A stretch of 61,100 nucleotides of DNA, filler included, from Bipalium vagum (taxonomy: Eukaryota): assembly GCA_037834085.1 (NCBI GenBank). It is 3 parts of 3 records of this genome, joined end to end, with 100 filler letters (N's around TTAATTAATTAA, not from the genome) between each part and the next. Parts side by side here need not be neighbours in the genome. Positions count along the whole stretch, not along the records: positions 1 to 21,223 come from JBBMKC010240304.1; positions 21,324 to 44,709 come from JBBMKC010209264.1; 1 more part is not named here. One strand, 5' to 3'. Under the pieces are notes generated by a model. That model did no database searches, was not told the origin of the DNA, and was given only the letters and a program-made list of their open reading frames with translations. A program made the translations under genes and the position numbers. Shown in pieces: positions 11,900 to 23,667 of this stretch (its first letter is position 1; each line of letters begins with the position of its first letter).

Positions 11900-13000
11900 A
11901 AAATATATTCGACAAAATATTCATAAATAAAAAAACACTAAAAGTATAAATTTAATAAGTGTAAATACTTCTATAATTTTAAAAATTCCACTGTTTTTAC
12001 TTCTTTTTAACATTTACTTAATTATAACATTTAAAACAAATATGAAAATAAAAACCATTAAATTGGAAGTTTGATCACAATAATAACTATCGGTTTTATG
12101 TTTTATTACAGGTTCTTATAGTTTTTTCTCTTCTTTTTGCATACTGAATACGTTTTCTTATCTTTACTTAAATATTGTAGTCAATGAATACATTTATAAG
12201 AATATACATCTTCAAAATGACTCAATCTTGGAATTCCAATTTCTTGATTATTTATCATAGACAAATATTTCTGTACAATTGTCGTACATTAAAAAGGAAA
12301 CATTTTTAAAAGCCTTGTCTCACGAGAATTTCGTTCAAATTTTCTATAATGATTGTCATCATCTTCACCTTAATCTTCATCTTCAACAATTTCTGACTTG
12401 TTTACTGTTTCTGGTATGATTAAATTTTTTTAAAAAATTCTATAAATGAAGAACCTTTTACTACTATCTTAACATCTGTTAAATAATAATAAAACATTTG
12501 AATTTTTTAAAAAAATTTTTGGAAGTTTTACTTCAAAGAACATTGTTTGTATTATTTTTTATTTTCTCATCATGCCATCGTTTAAATAATTTTTTACGCT
12601 CATATAATTATAACTATAAAGTTCTAAATTTTGATACTTGTCAATATAATTTCGATTTTTATTGAAATAATATGGGAAAATATCATTTTTTACCTTTAAA
12701 AACAAATGTAATTGGAAAAGCATTTAATGGACAAAGTAAACTTTATAGAATCAACAAATCTTATATTAAAATGTTTAATTTGCAAATGTGATTTTATTTC
12801 CAGTGATTTTTTTTCAACTGACAGTTAATTTTAAATTAACCAACCAAATATTGGGTGGCTATCATATCCTGTAGCATAATGTGCTATAAAAGTATATTGT
12901 ATAAAATCTTTGAATGAAAAATTTTTTTAAAAAGTATCAGCTAAAGAAATTGAGTGAGTATGTTTAATTATTATTTCATTTATTATTTGAGTATTATTAG
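11900..13000 (-). pseudogene. Polinton/Maverick-type protein-primed DNA polymerase B remnant
   Basis: Minus-strand translation across frameshifts gives YTFIAHYATGYDSHPIFGWL (ExoII-type, about 12840-12897), GNKI, FNIRFVDSIKF, PLNAFPITF..KK*YFP-YFN, FKRWHDEK, then YSYKCIH*LQYL...IQYAK. The order fits Polinton pPolB. Polymerase catalytic motifs were not found. Confidence 0.8.
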
Positions 13001-14839
13001 ATATATTATCAATTTTTAAGTCCTCTACAGTATATTTCCAGTTTTAAGTTTAAAAACATTTTTGTATTATTTTGATTTTTATAAAATATATTCCTTTCAT
13101 TATCAATTGAAGTAATTGAATTAAAATGGTGATTTTTTTATCATAATAAATAAATTGTTTTTTGCATTATTCAATAAAGTTTTATCGTGATTGTTTTGAT
13201 TCAATTAGGGTGCGGATAAATTATTATTGTGGAAGTTTTTTTCAAATCGAGTTTAACTTTGTGCAGCGGCAATAGGAAAACGAAATTATTTCTGTAAAAA
13301 GTCCTATTTATTTATTCACACACCTAATAAATTTAAAATTATGATTATTATTTTATTTATTTTTTTAAATTTCTAAAATAATTGTACCACATTATTTTAT
13401 TATTATACCAAAAATAACAATTCCATCATTTTTATATACATGTTTATCTGCAAAAATTATTATTAAAAATTGATTTTTTTGATTAAATCTTACCAGGGTA
13501 AAAATGCAGTTGTATCTACAGTGATTTTTAAATTTTATAAAACTAATAAATTCAGTTTTATCGATTTCCAAGTTGTTTCCCAATCAAATGGTTTTATTTT
13601 TCATAATTTCTTTTATAATCATTATTATTATTATTTATATATTTCTGAAATTTTTTCTTTGTTATTTTTATAAAAGAAATATGTAAAATTTTGTAAATAT
13701 TTTCAATTGTTTTAAAATTTTTTGAATTTGTATTTTTAAATTCAATTTGCCAAATTTTGAGAGACTCAAGAAATGATAAGAATCAATTATGAAATTTATA
13801 ATATTTTAGTACTATATTTTTTTCAATTTATCTTTTTTTGGACTTTCTTTAAGTTTATTTTATAAAATTTCTTTTTCAATTATTTTTAGATTAGTTAATG
13901 TTTTCTTTATTACTTTTTATATACTTTTAGTTGTTTTTGAATGATAAATAAAAGAGAATTTTTCCAGTTTACCATTCTATTTACATTAACTTCGTTTAAT
14001 AAATATAGTTTTTAAACATTGCTTAATATATTTTAAATTTATAACATCATTACCATTTCTCGTTTATATTTTATTTTATTACTATTCATGTTTATGATTC
14101 CATCCGTTTTATCACCTGTATCTTTTAAGATGATTGCTTAATTTATTTTCAGATTCACGTGATAAAGTTTCAAACTGTAAAGTTAAAAATTTTAATTAAA
14201 ATAATTTCTACTTTTACTTTATTTTCTTCATCATTATCTTGTTAAAGAGATGGATCATAAACAGTTTCAATTTCCATTTTTATTTAACTATCCACCATAA
14301 GATAAATTAGTTTCAGACTGAAAATCTATTTAATAATATTCTTTTAAATCAGGTTCCAATTTATCTAATATGCTAAACCATAAGAATCAAAATAAATATT
14401 TTTAAAATATCCAAATTCCTTTTGCATTTAAATTTTGATAATTGCTTGATAATTATATTTCTGTTTTTATTTCTTTCTGTTTGTTTCTCTGTAACTTCAT
14501 CACGAATTAAAAATTTTTCCATTTCTAAATCTTCAGTAATATTTATTTATTCAAAATTTGATGTTGTACTAATTTAATATGTATATAATAAGATACAGAC
14601 CTAACATGTTCTCGATAAGTATGAAAGAAAAATTCAGAAAAAGTTAACGAGTTTGAAAATATAAAGATATAAAGACTTTCTATAATATTGTATTTGTATG
14701 TGTTTCTAATTTAATTCTATGATATATAAAAATGATAAAAAAAAACTATTTAATTATTTTTTTATGTTTAATGTATAATAAATCTTTATTGATTAATTAT
14801 TATTATTTTATTTATTATTTTATTGTAATATTTGAAAAT

Positions 14840-15557
14840 GTTCCGCGGGACTGAATTTTTCTATTTTTAAATTTAATATTTATAAAATAAATTTTCAACA
14901 AAATATTATTTGCATCATAATGGAAATAAAAATTATAAAAATCTAAAATAGAATTTTATCCAACACCGTTACTTTTTTGTAAATATAAGAAAGAAATAAT
15001 AAAAGAATTGTAATTAAGGTTCTTTAATGAGTTTGAAATATTTACAATAAAATTTAACCTTACAGAAGATAAAAGAGTGAGATGTGATATAATTAAAATT
15101 TTAATCATAAAATTTTCAAATCAAAGATATATATCGTTTTGAATAATTATTCCCCTTCTTTTGATTAAATTGGGAAGAGCCAAAACTTTTAAAACTTTGA
15201 AAATATGTAAAAAAATATAATAAAAAAATTTTTTTAAAAAATATTATTATTAAAAAATTATAATTTCATTTTACATTTCAGATCATAATTGCAATTCAAA
15301 ACTTACATTTAATTCATTACTTTTAATTATCAAATAAGTATTTGTTTAAATAACCTATTTATGTATAAATTTCAAAATCACACTTTCATTGAAAGTTTAA
15401 CCAAAATTTCCAATAAAGTTCTACGTCAGTTAATTTTCCCAAAGATGTTCTTTATAATCCAGTATAGGAAATCGATCAAAATTTAACCATTTCATTTTTC
15501 AATCTATTTGATATCTACTGTAAAGGAGACAAACTGAAAATTATTTTAAATTTCTAG
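14840..15557 (+). pseudogene. possible Polinton minor capsid (penton) remnant
   Basis: The 3' part reads PKDVLYNPV*EIDQNLTISFFNLFDIYCKGDKLKIILNF*, resembling the penton C-terminal pattern PxxxxYxPV...IxIxxxxxxxIxxxGxxxxIxLxF. It sits between the pPolB and MCP remnants and is heavily decayed. Confidence 0.4.
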
Positions 15558-15870
15558 CAAAAATCAGCATTTTATATCTATTTAAATTTTAAAACATCCT
15601 ACAAAAATTACTTTTGAAGGACCTTGAAATTTTTTCAGGCTTCAGTTTGTCAAAGAAACTGACATAAATCCTCGATGACAACATCGCTACGATGGCGACA
15701 AAAATTCATTAAAGAAGTTAGCATCATCAACTTCGTTGACTTGTGCGAATCGAAATTTAATTATAATGGGTAACATTTAATTAATTATTGTTTTTATGAA
15801 TAAAAATTGTGTAATTATGGGTTAACATGAGTAGGTCATGATATTGTGATTTTAACTGAATTTTGTTTTA

Positions 15871-16350
15871 TTAAGTGTGTAAAATAATTCGGTCTGTTTT
15901 TAAAAGATAGCTTCGGCTATAATAAATCTAATAATTATAGCTTAGTTCAGTTGATTCAAAGAGATTAAAAAACTGAATAATTTTCAATTGAATTAAGATT
16001 TTCTAACAAAACGACATTGTCTTACAGGCAAGAAAGGTTTATAAGCATTAGTTGATGAAGATTCCAATCAATAAAAGAGCTCGTCGAATCTATAGGAGTT
16101 AAAAAAGGAGTAGTTTCCATAAGATTGAAATCGATGGCTGTTATACACAAGCAAGGAAACTAGGTGCCTCATAAACTAAAACCGATATTTCTCTTGAGAC
16201 CTGTTGCTTAAAAGGCAACAAAGAAAGGGTTTCTTAAATTTACTCAGGGTTTAAAAAATGAATATCTTTTTCCAACACCTGAAATGGAAAAAAATCTACT
16301 GTAGTCTCGGAAAGTCAACATCAACAACCAAATATTACACAGTAAAAACT
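15871..16350 (+). mobile_element. mariner 5' remnant
   Basis: TIR-like TTAAGTGTGTAAAATAATTC, then ALVDEDS..., SIRLKSMAVIHKQGN*VPHKLK (WVPHEL motif). Confidence 0.8.
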
Positions 16351-16689
16351 TCGCCTAACGAATATTTACTTTTGTATTTATTTTAACATTAAATATTTAT
16401 TTTATGTGGTTTATTTCTGTTTTATGATACTGATTTGTTATCGGTATTTGATTATTTTCGTTATCCATTCCTTCCGACCCATCAAATACAAAACTAAATG
16501 CAGTTAATATTGATTGCATTAAAATAATTGAACCAGAAAAATAATTACGCTACACAATTGACAAAATAATAATTTTTTAGTTTACGTAGACAGGTAATCT
16601 AAAATATGATCTGGCCTGAAATTTTCTGTAACTGAAATTAACTTTTATACTATGATAAAGTTCTAATTTCAAATAACCAAATTGTATTT

Positions 16690-17660
16690 ATTCAAATTTC
16701 TATGTCATGTTTTGAGATTTGGCGGGAAATGTTTGCAGTATGCCTCATAAGTATGCCCTAATCTTCGTCAACTTCACTGGCAATTTTTTCCATACTCTCT
16801 TCAATGCGGTGAGTCCTTTCGGAAAATATTTTCTCTCTGAATATCTGATTTTTACAGATGACCAAAAATTGACCCAATTGGACGTGTTGGAGGCTAATTC
16901 GGCGGGTTTTTGGGTACAGATGTGATGTTTTGGTTCTTCAGATACTCGGTGATCAACGCTCATATTGCGCAGGCATCAGGCTTTATATTTGTTGATAAAT
17001 CGTATCAACCTTTCTTAATTCATTCATTTAAGTTGATTTCCTGACGTATACCTCATTCTGAAATATAGGCCTCAGAAACATTTCCATATTGATCCATTGC
17101 TTTCCAAACTAAATATTTCTTGAAAGATTTAGTTTTTTAAAATTTTTTGCAATAATTCACATCTGCAGGATCGGAGTAATGAAAAAATGTACTTCTCGGC
17201 ACATCATTTGGTTTTACTAGTATATAAGTTTCGTTGTCTATAATTAGACAATGTTGTTTCATTTTTCGTAGAACATAATACGCTCCAGATTTTGCATGAG
17301 TCCTCTGATTCTTAACAAATCTTGGAACCACTTTTTGTTCTAGCTTATTTGACTTTTATGTCTGACAAAGTAGACCGGGCTACTTTGAATTTCTTACTCA
17401 ACTTTCGTACTGAAGGAGAAGTATCATTTTTGCAAGAATTTCAGCATTGGCTGTGTAGCTAACTTTACGACCGGATATATGTTGATATTCCGCAGATCAT
17501 GTTGCCTCATATGACCGAATTGCATTATAAATTGTTGATATGGGAATACCTTCCTTAGAAAAATGATTAACGGTTGAATTTCAGTTGAAATTTATTTGCT
17601 CACAATAAAATTTAATAATCATCTTTGCACGCATTTCACTTTCTCTTCTTTTCATTTTAA
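16690..17660 (-). mobile_element. DD37E-like Tc1/mariner remnant
   Basis: CLIIDNETY, KKYLVWKAMDQYGNVSE, FVPKNPPN*PPTRPI. This is the same motif set as the element at 24814-26086. Confidence 0.75.
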
Positions 17661-17699
17661 ATATTATCTAAAATTAAAAGGGTAGAATTAATGTATTAA

Positions 17700-18260
17700 T
17701 ACGACGGTCAGTCAAAAGTAAACTTAACAAATTTATTTATTTAAACATTAATTCACATTTGAGCGTTAATGTCACTTTTCAATATAGTCTCCTACATGTT
17801 CAATACACATACTACACTGCTTAATTAGATTCCGAATCCATGGGAGAAGAAATCTTTTGTCTGACTACGAATCCACTGATGCACTGATTTTTTGAGCTCT
17901 ATATCTTGAGTGGTCAAGAAAATCATCACCATCTGTTTAATAACGATAAAAGAGCATTTGACAGATGTCCATCCGGTGGACATTCATCTCGTGAGTAAGC
18001 TGAGTTGGAACACACCTGGCAGACATTTTAACACATTGTGAATGATGTAATGGACTGAACCGTGACATCACTTTATGGGCTACTTCATCATTGTTATCCG
18101 CCTGTTTTCACATAAGATATGATCAATTTTGGAAATGCTCTTTGGTATTTCAGTTGAATTGAGTCTCCTAGATCAGGTGCATCGCTCAGATTTGTTAATC
18201 CGCTTTGGAAATTATTATGCCATTCATATACCTGTTGAAGTGATAAACAGGCATTCCCAT
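17700..18260 (-). mobile_element. internally deleted mariner remnant
   Basis: TIR TACGACGGTCAGTCAAAAGT at 17700. The minus strand gives RCVPTQLTHEM (WVPxxL) and a C-terminal CIEHVGDYIEK*. Confidence 0.75.
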
Positions 18261-18264
18261 ACCT

Positions 18265-19725
18265 TGATTATGAGAATGCTAATCAGACCTGAGGAATTTT
18301 TAATTATTTATTTTAAAATATTTAAAAAGTATGAATGAAATTTTAAAAATAAAATTATTTTTTAAATGTAATAAAAAAGAAGAAACTTTCAGGTCTGAGA
18401 AAATTTGTTTAAATATTATTTGTTATATCACTGAATAAAATATATTCAAAAAATGTCTTCTTATTCTGACTACAAACCAATTGATATTAACATGACATCC
18501 ATCACCGACTCGGATCCGATCACTGAACGTTTCCAACCAAAAACGTTCTGTAAGGGTGACGATCAAGAAGGGAAACCTTGATCTATTGCCTATTAGACTT
18601 AGATTTAGTGGAGAAGTATGAAAGCACGGCCGGAAAAGTTAGTGGATTCGAAGAAAGATTACGATTGGCCTTTTTCAAACCAAAAGATATGATAAATGAT
18701 TTGGAAAAGTTAATTAACTATCGAAAGCCTCTTGAAAAGCACTAATGAGATGTATAAACGATCCAGAAATTGAGACGGAGATCGAACTGAGAAAGTTAGG
18801 AAGTATTGAAGAAATGGAAGATCGAATTAAATTAATGGATGGAATTCTACAGAAACAATCTGATCATGTCAATACCATCAGGACCTACAGAGACGTAATG
18901 AGGAACGGTAGATATCAAAACGTACGGAGATATGAAGCAGGATATAAGAATAGACTTGTTGTAGAACAAGTCAGACCAGAATCACGTGTTTCTAGACCGT
19001 TTACAAGAATGGCAAACGATGGCCAACAAGAAGACAAATAGAATGTTGGACGTGTAAAAAAGTTGGACATATAAGCCAAGACTGTCCCGAGAAGAGAATT
19101 CCTACATACGTTGGAATTATACAGTTTACAAATGTCAAAGGTGTGGAAAAAATGGACACCAAGCCTCGGATTGCTACTCAAATTTAAATAGAGGTCAGAG
19201 AAGAAACGGGAATTTTTAAAAAGGTTATCAGGAATGAATAGAAGTAAGAGAATTAATGTGATTAGTGAAAATATTGATGTGATATGGGAAGGAGATTGCG
19301 TGAGAAAAGAATATGAGAATGCATCCTTGACCACAAAAGATGAGGCACCACTAGTAGGGGACCTAGTGGGAGCCATATAATAGAAATCAAAAATGATTAT
19401 TCCCAAAGGATTGAGACTGAGGAAGGAGTGACACGACCAGCAGAGAAAGTGTACAGATTTTTAAAGAAGCAGTTTGAGTTTGAAGATTGTAAGCTAGTTA
19501 ATGCATTTGCAGAAAGTGAAGAGACAGTTATCTCGTATGACAGAATTCATGGACGTCCAAGTGTAAGAATGAAAGTGCAGGTTTTGGAATTGGATATTCT
19601 TTTGGATACAGGAGCAGGAGTCAATGTAATGAGTACGAAGATAGCTCAAAGACTGACAGATGTTATGGTGAAAAACCTAGATGTGCAAACGATAGTTTTG
19701 AAGCAACAATATGAAAGTAAAACCA
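18265..19725 (+). mobile_element. Ty3/gypsy-like LTR retrotransposon 5' fragment (LTR, gag, protease)
   Basis: LTR-like segment 18265-18492 (TG...AACA, contains AATAAA) has a second copy at 26393-26619. Two CCHC knuckles (CWTCKKVGHISQDC, CQRCGKNGHQASDC) and the aspartic protease motif LLDTGAGVNVMS are present. Truncated before RT. Confidence 0.88.
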
Positions 19726-19726
19726 A

Positions 19727-19985
19727 GATAAAATAAAATCTTTAAGAATACAAGTAAATAATTTTTACTATCCTTTAAACCCTTTTCAATTTGAGAAAGG
19801 AAAAAATAATAGAACTTATTAGAATTATAAAAAAGCTTGCAAATATTTTTCAAATTTATTCAAAAATGTTAGCTAATTTCAAGAGAAAGATGATTTTGAT
19901 TATTTGTATGATTTTCATATGAAAGAAAAATATAATCATATTTTTATAAATTTACAAAATGAAAAAATATTACCTTCAATTTTTA
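19727..19985 (+). pseudogene. Polinton capsid C-terminal fragment, possibly joined to a packaging-ATPase tail
   Basis: IKSLRIQVNNFYYPLNPFQFEKGKNNRTY*NYKKACKYF resembles the MCP xxYP...YxxY segment. The following FDYLYDFHMKEKYNHIFINLQ resembles packaging ATPase C-termini. Confidence 0.45.
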
Positions 19986-20039
19986 TATCAACTTGTACAA
20001 ATTTTTAAAAAAAAATTTAAAAATCAATTTTTTCAAAAA

Positions 20040-20795
20040 ATGAGTATCAATTTTAACTTAGATAAAAATACATATCATCAAGATTTAACAGTAAAAATGT
20101 GATTATTTATAAATTTGTTTATATCCTACATTAGCAACAAATTTAAATAAAAATGGAAATTTAACTTTAGTTTATTACAAACAGTAAATGCTTTGAATTT
20201 ATCAGAAGCAATTTTAGTTTTTGAAATTGAAATAACAAATATAAAAGCACATGAAAACACCAAATTACAGAATAACTTTTTTCCTTATGTTTTTCTAAAG
20301 CAATTTTAAAATTAGGATCAACAGAAGTAGAAACAATTGAATATTTAGGAACTTCAAAATCTCTAACAAATTTTGTATTAATTGATAAAAATTATGATGG
20401 AGAAATTTTTGGATGGATTCCTGATAAAAGTAAAGAAGATCCAAATAAAGATAATAAATAATTTAAAACAAAAAAAATTATATTCAAATAAAAAAATTAA
20501 TGGTGAATTTCCTTTAAAATCAAACGCTAGCGAAGCTCTAGGAAACTATTCTTCCAATCCTCAATTATCTTTATTAGAATTCCAAAATTTATATTCTATA
20601 TTTTGTTTTAATTTGAAAGATCAACCAGAAAATTTATGTTTAAATGGAACAGTTATAACTTTACATATTTTAAAAGATAAAGATTTTAGAGGAAAAATAA
20701 ACGTTGTTTTATTGCAAGAGCAATTTATGGAAATAAAGTTAAAAGAACGAAAATTATTTAATACTGAAACAAAAGTAAAAAGTAATTTGAAATAG
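20040..20795 (+). pseudogene. Polinton/Maverick major capsid protein (double jelly-roll) with large internal deletion
   Basis: From ATG 20040 across frameshifts: YPTLATNLNKNGN..LNLSEAILVFEIEI..LQNNFFPYVFSKAILKLGSTEVETIEYLG..GW, then directly the C-terminal SSNPQLSLLEFQNLYSIFCFNLKDQPENL..*. Both blocks match Polinton MCP patterns. Confidence 0.75.
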
Positions 20796-21223
20796 ATTTT
20801 TTGAAATCTTTTTCAATTTTATATTTAAAAAATTGGTTAAAATTATTAAATCATATAGTAATTATTCAATTTTTATAACATTTTTTATTGCCCCTTTTAC
20901 GATATATTTTTAATAATCTTTATAAAGTTTATATTTTCTTAATTTTATAAATTTTATCTTTTTTTATTTTTTAATTTTAGTATAGGTATACTAAGAAATA
21001 TTTTTTAAATTCTCAAGTTGTTAGGTTGGGGATTAATTTTTTTTAATATTTTTTATAATTTTCATTCATTTTTTGTTACCAAAAATTCAGAAATTTTAGA
21101 AAAAAAAGTTTTTTCATTTATTACAGTATCTGGCCATTGAAATAGGCTCAAACAAAAAGTTTCGTGTTTTAGTCGTAAATTCAATTTCTAAAATATTTTT
21201 TTTACGTAATTCATTATTAAATG

Positions 21224-21323
21224 NNNNNNNNNNNNNNNNNNNNNNNNNNNNNNNNNNNNNNNNNNNNTTAATTAATTAANNNNNNNNNNNNNNNNNNNNN
21301 NNNNNNNNNNNNNNNNNNNNNNN
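21224..21323. other. assembly gap with artificial linker
   Basis: 44 N + TTAATTAATTAA + 44 N = 100 nt. Confidence 0.97.
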
Positions 21324-22092
21324 GAAAGATTTACATTTATATAATAAAAAATAAAAAAGCTATACTTGTTTTTCTTCTTTCATTTTATTTCCGAAAATAT
21401 TGCACGCACCCTGTATATTGTGAGCATTAAAGTATTAAGAATATATTTTTGTATCCAATAACTTATGATATCAATATAATATCAATATTTCAATACAATA
21501 ATTTTTTAAATATTTGTTAATTATTTCCTCGATATTTTAAAATATGAACATCGAAAAAATGAATTTACGGTCTGTCACTAACATTAGAGCAACGTGGAAA
21601 AACATTATGAACATTTACTTAGATGCTACTTCTTCTCTTCGATCCATTAAAGACAGTTTGTAAGATTTATTGATATGAACTTTAGCTTAGAATTCCATGA
21701 AAAAACAACTGGCTTTAAGCAATCGAAAAGAAAGATTTTCACTAAGATAATGCCAGAGATTGCGAAAACTGCAAGGATTTGAATAAGAATTTGAGTGGTA
21801 AGACGTTTAATTTTGATAAAGCTGTCGGATCCTATTTTGTAGACTTTTTTCCAAGGAAGACCAAGAAATATCTATAAACATAGGTTAGAAAAGCTTGTAC
21901 AACTTGTAAAGAGAAATGATGATTTTGTAATTAATTATTAAAGTTATTTTATTCAATTTTAGTCTTTAATTTCTTTTAATCAGGCTATAACTTTTGCAAT
22001 GATCTAATATTTGTAAACAAATGACAAAAATTTTAAAGAATGACAATGTGTATTTTAGTTTAAATATTTTCTGTAAAAATCTCCATAAAATG

Positions 22093-23160
22093 TTAGGGTG
22101 GTCTGGAAGTCTTTAGACTATTTATTGGTAACTTTGTTTTGCTACTTTTTATTGATGCATTAACAAATTATAAGTATTATATCAAATTAAAGGAATATTT
22201 ACGGAATATTGATTCTAAGATTTTATTTAAATCCTTTGTATTTTTCATAGAGGAAATGAAAACTAACAATTAACTTTTAACTATCGTTAACATTTACTGT
22301 ACGAGTTCCAGTTAGGCCATAATATCACAGTTGCGATCCAAAATATCCGTAAAGCAAAAAGCGATGGCGCTGTTAAGCGTGCAACAGTTTTTAACCGGTA
22401 TAAAAAATTTTAAAATGTTCGATTTTATCTCGATTACCAACCATGTACCGGACGTTCGTTATCAATTGCTTGCGAGTTCATACGTTAACCTGTAAAAAAA
22501 ACCATTACAAGTAAACGAAAGACTTTCAGGAAAACTAAAGTTGGCCAAATCAACAGTCCATGATCATTTGCATATGCTGAAAAAAGATATCAAAGGGTGT
22601 AGGGAAATTCCTCATGAATTAACCTATAAGCAATAAAAAGGAAGGATCGAAAATTGTCAAAAATTGTTATGTAATCCATGTCATGAACCGTTTTTTAAAA
22701 TTAAACTTCACTTCTGACGAAAAACAGATTTATTTTACCATCTATAACAGGCAAATTCAGTGGCTCGACTCAAATCAACAAGCTCTTGTAGTACCAAAAA
22801 GAGAACGCTTTGCAAAAAAGGTTCATTTCTGCGTTTGGTGGAATTACGAGAAAATAGTGCAGTTTGATCTTCTCCCTTATCCAGCCTACACTCTAGACCT
22901 ATCGCCTTCTGATTACCACCTATTCAGGTCAATGGGACATTTCCTACCGGGACCTTTCTTTTCTTTGGTTGACGAGGTCAAAAATGCCTGCCGAGAATCT
23001 TTCGCTTCCAAAGATAGTGCATGATATGCCAGAGGAATCAATCAGCTTGTGGGAATATGGCTGAAGACTATTGAGCACAATGGACTATATTTAAATATAT
23101 ATATTTTATGAATTTTTTGGATTTACCTTAAATTAGTCTAGAGAATTTTCAACCAATATA
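22093..23160 (+). mobile_element. mariner element with internal deletion
   Basis: TIR-like start TTAGGGTGGTCTGGAAG. Motifs EIPHEL, TSDEK and CVWWN are joined directly to YTLDLSPSDYHLFRSM, so the second catalytic D region is missing. Confidence 0.88.
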
Positions 23161-23667
23161 TAAAAATAATAATTTTTAAAATTACATTTAATAAATAAAT
23201 AAACAACCGTGATACATAATTAAAGGAAATATGTAAATGTAACAGGTAATTGTTTCATTATTTTCCTCTCCTTTTGTCCTAAATTATTTTAATTAAATTT
23301 TTTTAATAATGAAGAATATTCTCTCTTTAAAAAAAACAATACTCCAAACAAATATTTACATTCTTACAGACTTATTAATTTTTTTTAAAAATGATAATAA
23401 TTGAAGTCATTCTAAGTTTCATGATTTCGTTATAATAATAAGTTATCTTTCATGATATCATTCGAAACAGGATATTTTAATCACCAGATAATGATATATA
23501 AACAGGATTTATTAAAATAATTAATTTATTAATCAACTAAAGAAAAACTTTTCAATTATTCCCCGATAATCACTAAGTTTGTTTTCTTTACTAATAAAAT
23601 AAGTAAATAACAAAAAATTGAAGTACATCGAGATAAGCGAAAGAAAATTATGGATTAACAATTTTAG

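Noticed and set aside
14370-14400. YYFDSYG on the minus strand as a Polinton cysteine protease motif
   Set aside because: The upstream HW and downstream catalytic Cys motifs were not seen, so one short word is insufficient.
18915-19406. 163-aa minus-strand ORF
   Set aside because: Antisense shadow of the gypsy gag region.
21268-21279. Palindromic TTAATTAATTAA centred in N runs (also 44754-44765)
   Set aside because: The identical 44+12+44 layout twice shows a scaffolding linker, not biology.
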